NCBI GenBank assembly: GCA_903898185.1
Contig: CAIUEN010000364.1
Span: 13,394-77,393 of the forward strand
Direction of reading: 5' to 3'
DNA length: 64,000 nucleotides
Origin: an uncultured Verrucomicrobiales bacterium
Lineage (GTDB): Bacteria; Verrucomicrobiota; Verrucomicrobiia; Limisphaerales; Palsa-1400
Numbering within the stretch: position 1 is the stretch's first letter; each line of letters starts with the position of its first letter. Positions 52,961 through 63,464 of this stretch are shown here, piece by piece. The notes beneath the pieces are model-generated. The model was not told where the DNA came from and ran no database searches. It was given only the letters and a program-made list of their open reading frames with translations. The translations under genes were made by a program, and so were the position numbers.

Positions 52961-52988
52961 TTGACTTGAAATTTCAAGGCGATATTCT
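52961..52988 (+). promoter_or_regulatory. candidate sigma-70 promoter for the polysaccharide locus (TTGACT-N16-TATTCT)
   Basis: The -35 TTGACT is at 52961-52966 and the -10 TATTCT is at 52983-52988. The ATG lies only 11 nt downstream, which implies a very short leader. This is pattern matching only. Confidence 0.25.
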
Positions 52989-52999
52989 TTGTTGAATGC

Positions 53000-54217
53000 A
53001 TGGCAATCGAAGACCAAATCACCTTAACCGCACCGACGTCAAGAAACAAATTTTCATCGGTTCATCCCGTAGCAGCGGTTGCTGGTGGCGCATCTTCAGA
53101 GCGCAAGCGGAATAGTAACTTTATAGATCGGCTGGAGGCAGTGAGGGGTGTGGCAGCCATGATGGTCGCGATGGGCCATTCCCTTGTCATTTTGCCCAGT
53201 TTTGGATGGCAATCGTCGATGGTTTTCTTTTTGCAATTGATTATGAACGGGCGAGCCGCTGTCACGCTTTTCTTCGTTTTGAGCGGCTTAGTGTTGGGAT
53301 TGTCTCTGAGGCGCGGCAAGGAGGTTTTTCAAATTGAACTTGTCGTGTTTTCCATCCGGCGAGTTCTTCGAATTTATCCAGCATTTCTGTTCTGCACAGT
53401 TACCATTGTGCTGTACTTGGTTTTCTGTTTGCTGGACTGCAGCTATTCTTCTGCTGGCATTTGGTTCGAGCGCTTTTTTGGTGGTTATCATAATCCCGTA
53501 ACTTCCAGGCAGGTAATTTCCAACCTTGTTTTCGTGTCCAATTCTCTTAGTCCGATTACTTGGACGCTGCAAATCGAAATGATCTGTTCCTTGCTTTTGC
53601 CTTTTATTCATAGGTTAGACGTGAAAGCATCCAACACCCAGCGCATGTTGCTTCTTGGCGGGCTGATTGCTGTCGGATTACTTCCCCACACCTATTTTAT
53701 CAGTTTCATGTTTATGTTTTTTGCTGGGTATCTTCTTCCGATGATCGGGCCGAGCGTGCTAGGCTATCTGCACACCAACGGACAGATGTCGGTTTTGGTG
53801 ATCGCCGGGGCATTGCCTCTTCTCCTTTGCTCCCGCCTGATTGTTGGTCGGCCTTTGGTGATGCATTTCGGTTTCATGATCGAAGGATTTGGAGCAACGG
53901 TGTTGATTGGCTGCCTCCTTTACGGGAAGAATTTCAGTGGCTACCGGATCTTGGATCACCCTATCGCCAAGTTTTATGGAAGAATTTCATACAGCTTCTA
54001 TCTCTGGCACTTTTTCTGTCTTTTTTTAGTTTCGCGTATCGTGTTGGACTGTGTTCCTAGAAGCCAACTCTGGCACTACTCGTTGCTCTGGGCAATGATT
54101 CTATGGTTTTTATCAACCATTGTCGCTACTGCAATAGCTTACGTGTCACACCGATTGATAGAAAAACCATTCGTTCAGCTTTCAAAAGAGATTTGTTGCC
54201 GCATCAGCACCCGCTGA
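53000..54217 (+). CDS. acyltransferase family 3 (membrane O-acyltransferase)
   Basis: 405 aa with about 10 TMs. The N-terminal motif RLEAVRGVAAMMVAMGHS is typical of acyltransferase_3 proteins. Confidence 0.85.
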   Translation: MAIEDQITLTAPTSRNKFSSVHPVAAVAGGASSERKRNSNFIDRLEAVRGVAAMMVAMGHSLVILPSFGWQSSMVFFLQLIMNGRAAVTLFFVLSGLVLGLSLRRGKEVFQIELVVFSIRRVLRIYPAFLFCTVTIVLYLVFCLLDCSYSSAGIWFERFFGGYHNPVTSRQVISNLVFVSNSLSPITWTLQIEMICSLLLPFIHRLDVKASNTQRMLLLGGLIAVGLLPHTYFISFMFMFFAGYLLPMIGPSVLGYLHTNGQMSVLVIAGALPLLLCSRLIVGRPLVMHFGFMIEGFGATVLIGCLLYGKNFSGYRILDHPIAKFYGRISYSFYLWHFFCLFLVSRIVLDCVPRSQLWHYSLLWAMILWFLSTIVATAIAYVSHRLIEKPFVQLSKEICCRISTR

Positions 54218-54288
54218 CAGCAAGTCCCGAATCTGCGGCCAACAATGAATGATCGCGTCAGAGTTAAGAAGTATGTTCCATTCATGTT

Positions 54289-55446
54289 ATGAGAATAGCC
54301 TTGGTAACAACCGATGACAGGGATGAACGCGGCCTGTATGACGAGCCTAATCCAATCTTTGGCACGGCTATCAGAGCTTTGCTTGATGGTTTGGAGAGGC
54401 TGCAGGATTGTGAAATCCATCTAGTGTGTTGTGCGCGAAAACCGCTTGCCTCCCCAGAAAAACTAGCCGAAAACTTGTACTATCATTCGCTGTTGGTTCC
54501 CCAAATGGGCTGGTTACGGACAGGATATTTGGGCTGTATTCGCGCGGTGAGATGGAAACTGCGAGAAATTGGGCCAGATCTCGTGCATGGACAAGGTACC
54601 GAGCGCTACTGCGCGATGAGCGCCGTGCATTCGGGCTATCCCAACGTCGTGACGATTCACGGGAACATGGCTCGAATGAGCCGGTTTGCGACGAACTGGC
54701 GGGAGAAGATGGTGTTTTGGCTGGCGGCCCGATTGGAAAAACACGCGTTGAGGAGAACGGATGGAGTGTTCTGTAACTCGATTTATACCGAGAGTGTGGT
54801 GAACTCCCAAGCTCGCAGGACTTGGCGTGTGCCCAACGCTCTTCGCCTGCTCTTTTTCTCACCTCTCCAGACTAGGTTGGCCAGCTTAAAGCCGGTAATC
54901 TTGAACATTGGGACAGTGGCTGCACACAAGCAACAAGTTGAAATCCTCCGATGGGCGAAGGAACTCCATGACCAAGGGCTTGGCTTTGAGTTGCGATTCA
55001 TGGGGCCGATAGACGAAGCATCAGATTACGGACGCTTGTTTGAGAAAGAGCTTGCCGCTGCCCGAGTCCGTGGCTACGCCAGCCATTTGGGAGTTCAGGG
55101 AGCGGACGAACTATTAAGACAATTGGCCCAAGCTAGCGCTCTGGTGCATTGCTCAATGGAGGAGTCGTTTGGATTGGTAGTGGCGGAGGCTTTGTCTAGA
55201 AATCTTAAGTTTTTCGGCATGAACACTGGGGGTGTCGCCGACATCGCTTTGGAAGTGGATGGCGCAGAACTGGTTGATTTCGATGACTGGTACGAATTGA
55301 ACCATCGGGTACGAAGGTGGATTGAAGGTGGATGTCCTCAGCCCCGACACGCCGCGTCCGCAATGAGAGAACGATACCATCCTGATTTGGTGGCCCGGCT
55401 ACACTTGGAAATTTATGGTGAAGTTCTCGCTGGCGCGGATGCCTAA
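54289..55446 (+). CDS. glycosyltransferase family 4 (GT-B)
   Basis: 385 aa starting MRIALVTTDD.... The C-terminal part carries an E(x7)E-type region (SMEESFGLVVAEAL). Confidence 0.85.
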   Translation: MRIALVTTDDRDERGLYDEPNPIFGTAIRALLDGLERLQDCEIHLVCCARKPLASPEKLAENLYYHSLLVPQMGWLRTGYLGCIRAVRWKLREIGPDLVHGQGTERYCAMSAVHSGYPNVVTIHGNMARMSRFATNWREKMVFWLAARLEKHALRRTDGVFCNSIYTESVVNSQARRTWRVPNALRLLFFSPLQTRLASLKPVILNIGTVAAHKQQVEILRWAKELHDQGLGFELRFMGPIDEASDYGRLFEKELAAARVRGYASHLGVQGADELLRQLAQASALVHCSMEESFGLVVAEALSRNLKFFGMNTGGVADIALEVDGAELVDFDDWYELNHRVRRWIEGGCPQPRHAASAMRERYHPDLVARLHLEIYGEVLAGADA

Positions 55447-55496
55447 TGTGTGCGCTGCCTTGATGCTGTTTTGGCTCACGACAATTGTCGTAATTC

Positions 55497-56510
55497 CTAC
55501 AACTTCTTATTCAGGATGGATTGGTATATTTCGGCAATTCGTTCGCTGACTTGGTTCCATGTGAGGACGGGAAAAATTTGTTTTAGACCAAGGCCGCAGT
55601 TGTCGTAAAAGGCCTTCAATTCGTGTGGAAAACGAGCATTGTCGGCAGGATGACAATACGTGATTCTGTTGCCATAAAACGACTTAAGGTTTGGGAAACC
55701 GCTCATCATGACAGGAACACCGGACGCGAGCGACTCAAGAATGCTGATCGATTGAGCTTCAAACTGACCCGCAATGAAGGATCCTTTCGATCCCCTTATC
55801 AGCGCCGCCAACTTGCCGCGATCAGTGACTTCACCTTCCCAAAAAACCCATTTGTTATCGACTTCCTGCTTGAATACCTCCGCATAACTATCCTCACCCG
55901 AATGGATACCACCAATGAATTTCACCCGCACTCCTTGCTTCTTGGCGGCCCTCGCAACCGGAATGGAATTCTTTATATCACGTATGTATGCAATATATAC
56001 GAGCCCATCGAAAGCAAGTCCACGAATGCTCTGATCGAGGAATATGGGATCAACCCCGTTGGGAATGACGTGGAGTTTGCTCTGAGGGGTTTTGAAAACC
56101 CGGTGTACGTAGTCTTGCTCATAAGGGCTTAATACAAAAACAGCATCACAGCCAGTATAGAAACCGACTCCCAAAGTTCCATACAATCCCGCTCCCATGA
56201 TTTTCTTGAGAATGGGGCTTGAAGCACCCCTTGCGCGCCAAGTCCATCGCGGACGTAAAACCGATTGCGGATTCTGATCGCTTGCCACCACTTTGCATCC
56301 CCACTTTTTGGCTAATTGCCAGTGTTGGTCATTAGGAGGACGTCCCCAATAGTGAATAATATCAGATTGAGGAACTGCCAAGTCTTCATGATGGAGCCAT
56401 GACACTTCGACGCCCAGTTTCTCGAGTCCTTTTTTGGACTCCATGATTTGAACCGTGGAGCCTCCCCTAGCCCAGCCCAGCGGGTAATTTACGTAAAAAA
56501 GCACTTTCAT
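55497..56510 (-). CDS. glycosyltransferase (GT-B fold, GT4-like)
   Basis: I chose the start at ATG 56508-56510 (MKVLFYVNYPLGWARGG...). The C-terminal half reads ...FIAGQFEAQSISILESLASGVPV. Confidence 0.65.
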   Translation of the reverse strand: MKVLFYVNYPLGWARGGSTVQIMESKKGLEKLGVEVSWLHHEDLAVPQSDIIHYWGRPPNDQHWQLAKKWGCKVVASDQNPQSVLRPRWTWRARGASSPILKKIMGAGLYGTLGVGFYTGCDAVFVLSPYEQDYVHRVFKTPQSKLHVIPNGVDPIFLDQSIRGLAFDGLVYIAYIRDIKNSIPVARAAKKQGVRVKFIGGIHSGEDSYAEVFKQEVDNKWVFWEGEVTDRGKLAALIRGSKGSFIAGQFEAQSISILESLASGVPVMMSGFPNLKSFYGNRITYCHPADNARFPHELKAFYDNCGLGLKQIFPVLTWNQVSERIAEIYQSILNKKL

Positions 56511-56562
56511 GATGGATGCAGTCGCAATGGAGGGATACAAGCCTGCTATGAACCTCGATAGG

Positions 56563-57369
56563 CTACGCTCTTACAGCCACCAACTGCACGTTAGTAGCGT
56601 AGCGAGGGAATGCGCGGCAAAAGGCAATGTTTAGAACCCTGAGCACCTTCTTCAGCATCGAGGGCTTGCCATTGTTCAGATGAGCCATAAAATAACCGGC
56701 ATCGGCACGGAACCCGCATCCGGCAAACAATTCAGCCAATTCGTCGGCAGTGTACTCATGCCAGTGGAAACCGTAAAAGGCGGTCTTGCCGTTAGAGACG
56801 TAATCGGCAAACTTTAGATACGCTTGAACCATCTGAGCATCGTGCCAACCGGTGATCAGGCGCACGATGTTCTGCGCGGATGCCGAATTCGGAACGGTGA
56901 TACATATCCTGCCCTTGGGGGAGAGCAACCTTGACATTTCGTGCAGGAACGAGACCGGATTGAAATTGAAATGCTCCATCGTTTCCCAACAGAGAATGGT
57001 ATCAAACGCCCCATCTGGGAAGGGCAGCTTTCGGGGGGCGTCGCGGACCGGTCCAAAGATATCAAATAAATCCACAAAGTTTGTTTTGATTCCTGCTCTT
57101 TTGTAGAGCGGTTGGAGCGGGTAAACTGCAGGGTCGTCTCCCTCCACCACTGTATAGTTCGATGCGTTCCCCCGGATTATGAAGGGGACATAGGAAAAAA
57201 AAGGACCAATCTCCAAGGTGTTTCCAAGCGGTCCGTCGAAAAGGCTGAATTGCCGACAACTGATAAAGAGCCGGCTTGAGTGCAATGCAAAATAGCCGTG
57301 CAGACTATCCAACACTCCAGCCTCCATGGAGAGCTTGTGCCCGGCGTCGTTGAACTCTGAGAGTGTCAT
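56563..57369 (-). CDS. class I SAM-dependent methyltransferase
   Basis: Supporting motifs are LPFPDGAFDTILCWETMEHF and LLSPKGRICITVPN. I propose the start at ATG 57367-57369. The longer track ORF (to 57651) would overlap the divergent flippase gene. Confidence 0.7.
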   Translation of the reverse strand: MTLSEFNDAGHKLSMEAGVLDSLHGYFALHSSRLFISCRQFSLFDGPLGNTLEIGPFFSYVPFIIRGNASNYTVVEGDDPAVYPLQPLYKRAGIKTNFVDLFDIFGPVRDAPRKLPFPDGAFDTILCWETMEHFNFNPVSFLHEMSRLLSPKGRICITVPNSASAQNIVRLITGWHDAQMVQAYLKFADYVSNGKTAFYGFHWHEYTADELAELFAGCGFRADAGYFMAHLNNGKPSMLKKVLRVLNIAFCRAFPRYATNVQLVAVRA

Positions 57370-57511
57370 GGTTTTGAGGCTATATTTCGAGTTTTCAGTT
57401 GTCGAGACGATAATCACATCTTGCCAAGCTTGGATGGCGAATTGGTAAATTCGCGCATCCAAATCAATTGCTTGTCTGTGGGGGATGTTCCCACTTAAAC
57501 TGGGGCGAATT

Positions 57512-58948
57512 ATGTCATTCAAGCCGTTTTTTCGACACTTCCAAGATTCCTCAGTCTTGTGGTCGTGGGCTTTCAATGGCGTTCGGACAGCTTCGGGAAT
57601 AATTCTTCTCCCGCTGCTCCTGCTTAAACTAAGCAAGGCGGATCTGGGCATGTTTTATACCTTTGGAGCTATCACGCAACTGGTGCCTATCGTTGATTTT
57701 GGTTTTGCCGTCAGTGTAGGGCGTTTTGTCAGCTATGCGATGGGCGGGGCTGAGGATATCAAGGCTCATGGCATGGGCGCAAAAACAACGACTACAACCC
57801 CCAATTACCAGTTGCTCTGGCATCTCTTGTTCACCACCCGACGGCTCTACAGTTGGCTATCGTTGATCGCACTTATCCTCGCGGGGCTATTCGGAACTGC
57901 CATGGTTGGAATGGCCATTGAAGAAACAACCAGTCCAGAATTAACCTGGGTCGCGTGGGTGATCACGCTCTCATCTATGGTGCTGGAGGTTTACCTTGGC
58001 TGGTGGAACACGTTTCTAATGGGAATGAACGAAGTGTTCTACAGTGCCCGCCTTGGCACACTGGTCAACATCCTCAAGCTGATCTTGGCTTCTGTCCTCC
58101 TGTTTGCCGGGGTGGGCTTGCTGGCCTTGCCCATTGCAACCTTGGTTTCGAGCACATTGCTGCGCTACGCAGCACGACGGCGCTGCTATCAATTGCTACA
58201 CTGCCATTCGGCTCCCAAGTCATTTGAAACAAAGCATTTACTTGAAAAACTATGGCCCAATAGCTGGCGCGTGGGCATTCAAGTTCTCAGTTCCTACCTT
58301 CGCAACGCCGTCACGCTTTTTATTTGCACCAAGGCTTTCAACTTGGAATCGACGGGCACCTTTGGATTATCCCTTACAATTGTGGCAATGATTCAAAGTC
58401 TGTCCTGCGTCTGGACTCAGGTCAAATGGCCTGCTGTCGGCCAACATCTCATGCGCCACGACTATGCCTCAATCCACTCGCTCTTGCGGCCCCGGTTTCT
58501 CATGCAGTTTCTGACGTTCGGACTGATCTCTGTAGTGCTGATTCCACTGTGCCCCATCTGCATCGCCTGGTTTTCCGTCACAAAGCAGGTAATGCCCATG
58601 CCCTGGCTCATCGTTCTCACTCTAAACTCCATGCTGGAGTTGCACTTTACCTTTTGGACAACGCTGATGAGCATGGAAAACCGGCTTCCTTTTCTCTGGC
58701 CGACGGTAATTACTAACGCGTGCAGCCTCCTGCTGGCTTTGGCACTGGTCCAATTCACTTCGCTCAAATTGGGAGCCTTGGTACTTGCCCCCCTGTTGGC
58801 CAGTGGTGTTTTTAATTACTGGTACTGGGCAATTGCAGGGGCAGCCAACCTCAAAACAACCTGGTGGAACTTTGTTTTCCGAACAGCCCCACTCTGCGAC
58901 CAGCGACTGGTAAACAATCGTAGGAATGCAGGCATGCTTTGTCCGTAA
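57512..58948 (+). CDS. polytopic membrane protein, Wzx-like oligosaccharide flippase (MOP superfamily) by architecture
   Basis: About 478 aa with at least 12 predicted TMs. It sits within a glycosyltransferase locus. The assignment rests on architecture and context, not on a recognised motif. Confidence 0.55.
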   Translation: MSFKPFFRHFQDSSVLWSWAFNGVRTASGIILLPLLLLKLSKADLGMFYTFGAITQLVPIVDFGFAVSVGRFVSYAMGGAEDIKAHGMGAKTTTTTPNYQLLWHLLFTTRRLYSWLSLIALILAGLFGTAMVGMAIEETTSPELTWVAWVITLSSMVLEVYLGWWNTFLMGMNEVFYSARLGTLVNILKLILASVLLFAGVGLLALPIATLVSSTLLRYAARRRCYQLLHCHSAPKSFETKHLLEKLWPNSWRVGIQVLSSYLRNAVTLFICTKAFNLESTGTFGLSLTIVAMIQSLSCVWTQVKWPAVGQHLMRHDYASIHSLLRPRFLMQFLTFGLISVVLIPLCPICIAWFSVTKQVMPMPWLIVLTLNSMLELHFTFWTTLMSMENRLPFLWPTVITNACSLLLALALVQFTSLKLGALVLAPLLASGVFNYWYWAIAGAANLKTTWWNFVFRTAPLCDQRLVNNRRNAGMLCP

Positions 58949-59013
58949 GCGGCCTTTGCCATGGTTTTGCAAAGATTCTTGTTTCGTCCCTGTTCGATGG
59001 CTGGTTATGATGG

Positions 59014-60570
59014 GTGAAGAGGGGCGAGATTGTCGATGTCTTTTGGAAAGACATCGTGACTCTTCGTGTTGATACTGTGGCTCAAATTGCGTTATTAATT
59101 CCGTTTCTGGTGGCGATTCCAATAGCTCTGCTGTTTGGTTTTTCGCTCTCGTCGCCAGACAGTTTCTTCAACATTCTGATCATGGCGCTTTGCTTTGGGG
59201 TGATGCTACTGCCAATTCTTATTCGCTGGCATGACATGCTGCTGATTGCGTCCTTGAATATGCCGATCATGGTCTTTTTTCTACCGGGTCAGCCGCAACT
59301 TTGGATGTTAATGGTTTTTGTGAGCATGGTAATGACTGCTGTGTCGGGAGGGCTGAGTCGAAACATTGATCCGAATGCTTCGAGCAGGAAAACTAAGGGC
59401 ACGAGAGGGATTATATGGTCTCTGGTTGCGATAGTAACGGTTGTTGTGATTACGGCGTTGTCGCGCGGCGGCATTGGCAGCCATGCGTTCGGGAGCGATA
59501 CCTATGGCGCAAGAAAGTACCTTCCGCTCTTGTTTGGGGCGATGGTTTTCTTTGTTACCTCACGCTTGAACATTCCTGCGAATCGGAAGTGGCACGTTGT
59601 GATTTTTTACTTTGGCGGCTACCTGCTCCTGTGCATGAGCAACTTGATTTACATGGCCGGCCCCTCATTTTATTGGTTATTCTACATATTTCCGAGTGAT
59701 TTCGCGTCTGCCCAGGCGTTTATGGATAACGGAATGGGGATTGTGCGTATGAGCGGCATCGCTTTCGGCATGATGGGTGTGGTTTATGTCATGCTTGCTC
59801 GTTACGGAATCAAAGGGATCATGGATATGAAATATGCATGGCGCTTGATTGTCTTTGTCGTGGTTGCCGGGTTGAGCACCTTGGGAGGCTTTCGCTCGTT
59901 GCTCGCCTTGTTAGCGATTATTTTTATTGTTCAGTTCTATTACGAAGGTCTCTTTCGGACGTATCTTTTCCCGGTGTTTGCCGTCATCGTCCTGCTGATA
60001 CTGGTGGGCACCATAGCGTTTATTGGTAAATTGCCGCTCTCGGTGCAACGCACATTGAGCTTTCTTCCTGTCCCAATTAATGCAGCGGCGCGTGAGAGTG
60101 CCGATTCATCAACGGAGTGGCGCTTCAGGATGTGGAAAGTGCTTTGGGATGAGGTTCCCAATTACCTCGTTCTTGGAAAGGGCTATCGCATCGATCCTTC
60201 CGACTTGGCGCTCTTTGAATGGGCGCGTGTGACTAACGGAGGGCATTTCGAGGATTATGAAGAATCGATGGCGGTGGGCAATTACCATAGCGGGCCTTTT
60301 TCAGTGCTGCTTTCCTTTGGCATTCCAGGCGTCCTTGCAGTGCTGTTCTTCTGGGGCGCTGGCATTAAAATGCTCCGAGAGAATTTGACGCGAGGAAGCC
60401 CGGAAATGAGATCCATCAACATCACTTTGCTATCGTGTTTTGTGGGGAGGGTGATTTACTTTTTGCTGGTGTTTGGCGATCTTTCGGGTGATTTGCCAGT
60501 CTTCTGCGGTTTGCTTGGCGTGAGTGTGGCGTTAAACAAGTCAGAAATGCTGAGATTGGAAACTGCCTAA
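59014..60570 (+). CDS. polytopic membrane protein, O-antigen polymerase/ligase-like (Wzy/WaaL family) by architecture
   Basis: 518 aa with a GTG start, at least 10 TMs and a larger loop in the C-terminal third. It is adjacent to the flippase candidate. Confidence 0.55.
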   Translation: MKRGEIVDVFWKDIVTLRVDTVAQIALLIPFLVAIPIALLFGFSLSSPDSFFNILIMALCFGVMLLPILIRWHDMLLIASLNMPIMVFFLPGQPQLWMLMVFVSMVMTAVSGGLSRNIDPNASSRKTKGTRGIIWSLVAIVTVVVITALSRGGIGSHAFGSDTYGARKYLPLLFGAMVFFVTSRLNIPANRKWHVVIFYFGGYLLLCMSNLIYMAGPSFYWLFYIFPSDFASAQAFMDNGMGIVRMSGIAFGMMGVVYVMLARYGIKGIMDMKYAWRLIVFVVVAGLSTLGGFRSLLALLAIIFIVQFYYEGLFRTYLFPVFAVIVLLILVGTIAFIGKLPLSVQRTLSFLPVPINAAARESADSSTEWRFRMWKVLWDEVPNYLVLGKGYRIDPSDLALFEWARVTNGGHFEDYEESMAVGNYHSGPFSVLLSFGIPGVLAVLFFWGAGIKMLRENLTRGSPEMRSINITLLSCFVGRVIYFLLVFGDLSGDLPVFCGLLGVSVALNKSEMLRLETA

Positions 60571-61292
60571 GAGCTCGTTTTTGGTTCCATCGGGTCTTTG
60601 CGGTTCCTGATGAGGCGGGCTGGAATCCCTCCGACAATGGCATAGGGAGAAACATCCGCCGTGACTACCGCGCCAGCCGCCACGATAGCGCCTCGTCCGA
60701 CTGTCACTCCAGCGACAACGGTGGAGTTGACACCCAGCCACACGTCGTCTTCGATTCGGATGAATTTTCGCAGAACTCCCTGGTCTTTCATCGGAATATC
60801 GGTTCGGGAAAAGTTATGGTTCTCAGCCATTAGATTGACCCGGGGGCCCATCATGACGCGGCTACCGATTTCGACATAGCCGGAGCAGCCAATATACGAG
60901 TAGGGCCCAACGTTGGAATGGTCGCCCATTTTCAAGCCCTCTCCCGGCTCGTCCAAAAGCGGGTTGGTGGGACAAATGCTTGCGAACCGCCCGACGGTGC
61001 AGCGATTGCCAAAAACGATCCCGCGTTTGGAGAGGGCATTGATCAGGCAGCCTTCCTCGAGGCTAAACTGCCTTCCAGACCGCAGGTGGCCCCCATGCAT
61101 TACCCTTGCGCCCCTGTCTGCCAGCATCCACCCTGAAACATGGGGCAGTTGCCATTTCATCCACATTCCTCGGATCAGGCGTGATCCAATTCTGCAGCAA
61201 ACTCCCAGGGTATCCATATCGTTCATGCTCGCCAAAGAATCCGGGGTGATTCGTTTGGCATTGGCCAGCATGGCTTTAATGAAACTCAGCAT
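60567..61292 (-). CDS. left-handed beta-helix (hexapeptide-repeat) acetyltransferase
   Basis: The hexapeptide repeats read IGSRVMMGPRVNLMAENHNF...IEDDVWLGVNSTVVAGVTVGRGAIVAAGAVVTADVSPYAIVGGIPARLI. Its stop overlaps the convergent gene's stop. Confidence 0.8.
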   Translation of the reverse strand: MLSFIKAMLANAKRITPDSLASMNDMDTLGVCCRIGSRLIRGMWMKWQLPHVSGWMLADRGARVMHGGHLRSGRQFSLEEGCLINALSKRGIVFGNRCTVGRFASICPTNPLLDEPGEGLKMGDHSNVGPYSYIGCSGYVEIGSRVMMGPRVNLMAENHNFSRTDIPMKDQGVLRKFIRIEDDVWLGVNSTVVAGVTVGRGAIVAAGAVVTADVSPYAIVGGIPARLIRNRKDPMEPKTSS

Positions 61293-61447
61293 GAGAACAC
61301 GTTTGGCTGAAAGCTAAGTCATCGAGTTTTATTCTGCAATATCGAATCACCCGTCATGAAAACCCGAGAGCTTCCTTCAAGGAATTGGCTGCGCAAAGTA
61401 GTTCGCCGCATCTGGAGTTATTCTGGTTTTGAATCGACCGCAGACAA

Positions 61448-62332
61448 TCAGCGGCGCTCTTTCATTTCTTGAATCTGCCGGACGGCCTTTTGAAAAGTAA
61501 ATCGAGAGGATGCGCGGACGTTCTCGATGCGCCGATAGGTGGGTTTCTCGTCCAGAGCGAAATCGTAGCTCACTGAGTCTGAGGCATAACACCCACGAAT
61601 CAGTCGTTCCACATACCTCCCAAGCATGACAACACGCCGCAAGGGAGCTGGCAGAGCCTCGTGCTCCTTTCGTATCCGTTGAACCTCCACATCCATTTTG
61701 CTGTTTCCGTCGATGGTGATGTTGTTTCCATCCACTCCAAATAGTCCTATGTAAACGCGTAATTGCGCGGAGCGCCGACCGGTGCTCAGCAGGCGCAGCA
61801 TCAGATCGGTATCGCCGGCGTTGCGGAAAGCTGGATCAAGTTGCAGGAGACCCTGATCAAACAATCGGCGGCGATAGAACAGGCTGCATGAGAGCGTGTA
61901 AAGAAAACCGTTACGCACATAAACCGCGCGCAGCGGGATTTCCCGTCGCGCCGCAAGAGGGCTGCCATCCGGGCCTACCATGATCGTGTTTCCGTAAACG
62001 ATATCCACGTCAGGGTTATCATCAAAGACCCGAGCGACCCGCGCCAGAGAGCCTGGGATATACTGTTCGTCCGCATTGAGCCAGGAGAGGATATCCCCGC
62101 GCGCGCGAGCCCAACCCTTGTTGATCGCATCGTACATTCCGCGATCCTTCTCGCTATAAACAATGAGACCCTGCTGGTTGCGCGCCCAAGCCGCAGTCGG
62201 ATCCTTTGAGAGGCCGTCCTGAATAAGGTGTTCGACGGTGACATCCTTCTGTCCGCGGACTGATCCAACACATTGAGGCAGGATTTTTGCGGCATTGAAG
62301 CATGGGGTGACAACGGAGAACAGAGGAGGCAT
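61448..62332 (-). CDS. glycosyltransferase family 2
   Basis: I trimmed the ORF to ATG 62330-62332 (MPPLFSVVTPCFNAAKILPQCVGSVRGQ...), which has a DxD-containing GT-A pattern. The longer track ORF overlaps the upstream gene. Confidence 0.85.
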   Translation of the reverse strand: MPPLFSVVTPCFNAAKILPQCVGSVRGQKDVTVEHLIQDGLSKDPTAAWARNQQGLIVYSEKDRGMYDAINKGWARARGDILSWLNADEQYIPGSLARVARVFDDNPDVDIVYGNTIMVGPDGSPLAARREIPLRAVYVRNGFLYTLSCSLFYRRRLFDQGLLQLDPAFRNAGDTDLMLRLLSTGRRSAQLRVYIGLFGVDGNNITIDGNSKMDVEVQRIRKEHEALPAPLRRVVMLGRYVERLIRGCYASDSVSYDFALDEKPTYRRIENVRASSRFTFQKAVRQIQEMKERR

Positions 62333-62339
62333 AAGCAGG

Positions 62340-63464
62340 TTACTTGGATTGTTTGAGCACGGATTCAAAGAGGGTTTCGTAGCGTTTGCAGATGACATCC
62401 CAATCATAGTGGGTGGCGACTCGCTGTTGCGCGCGGATGCCCAGCGCCGCCGCTTCCACCAGGTTCTTGGAGACGTGGCGGATCGTATTGGCCAGTGTCG
62501 CTTTCGGGTCTGAGTGCTTGAATGTAATGCCCGTGTCGGAAAGCACTTCCAGGTTGCCGGGAGTGTCGCGAGCAATAATGCAGTTGCCAAAGCCCATCTG
62601 ATCGAGCAGCACCGGACGTGTCGCCTCAATGGCGGTCGGCAAAATAAACGCACGGGCGTGATAACTCAGTTGCTGATAGGCGTTGCCAAAGATGAACCCC
62701 GTCATGATGATATTCTTCGACTTTGCCGCCAGAACCTTGAGTTTCGCTATGAATTCCTGCTGGTACGGCGCGTCTCCGACCACTACCAGAGGTAGTGAGC
62801 TACCACTCTCCAGATAGGCGTCAATGGTTAAATCGGCTGCGTTCTCGGGTGTCAGTCGCGAGACATACAAAAAATAATTTCTCGAGATTAGTCCGTATTT
62901 TTCCAGCGCGGTGGTTCCGGGGTCGGTCTTGACGACGTTTGAGCCATAGGGGATGAGCGCAGCATCAACTCCATAGAGCTGCTTGTAACGCTGTTGAATC
63001 ATTCCATTATCGGCGACGACGACATTGGCCAACCTGGCTGCCCATCGCTCGCTCTGTCGCAGCCACCATCGTCCGAAACCCGACCACTTGGCTCGCTCGA
63101 AATCCGCGCCATCCACGTTGACCAGTGTTTTTGCGCCTCTCAGTTTGGGAACGAACGAAAACAGGCTGTTTCCCACGCCGCAGAAGTAGGCGATCTGGTA
63201 TCTTTTAAGGAGTCCGTGCCCGACGCTCAATGCCGTATGGACAATAGTATCGGTCATTTTGGTCGGCACTGTGGGTAGGCAAACAATCCTGACCCCCTTG
63301 AACATGTTCTTCCTGTAGGAATTGAAGGGAATGCGATTGTAAACGGTGACATCATGCCCGCGTTTGACCAAGCGCACCGAAATCTGCTCCACGAAGGTTT
63401 CAAACCCCGAGTAGCAGGCTGGAATTCCACGTGAGCCAAAAAAGGCGATTCGCATTGGTGTCAT
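62340..63464 (-). CDS. glycosyltransferase family 4 with a DUF1972-type N-terminus
   Basis: MRIAFFGSRGIPACYSGFETFVEQISVRLVKRGHDVTVYNR is typical. The start could be ATG 63462-63464 or 63453-63455. Confidence 0.85.
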   Translation of the reverse strand: MTPMRIAFFGSRGIPACYSGFETFVEQISVRLVKRGHDVTVYNRIPFNSYRKNMFKGVRIVCLPTVPTKMTDTIVHTALSVGHGLLKRYQIAYFCGVGNSLFSFVPKLRGAKTLVNVDGADFERAKWSGFGRWWLRQSERWAARLANVVVADNGMIQQRYKQLYGVDAALIPYGSNVVKTDPGTTALEKYGLISRNYFLYVSRLTPENAADLTIDAYLESGSSLPLVVVGDAPYQQEFIAKLKVLAAKSKNIIMTGFIFGNAYQQLSYHARAFILPTAIEATRPVLLDQMGFGNCIIARDTPGNLEVLSDTGITFKHSDPKATLANTIRHVSKNLVEAAALGIRAQQRVATHYDWDVICKRYETLFESVLKQSK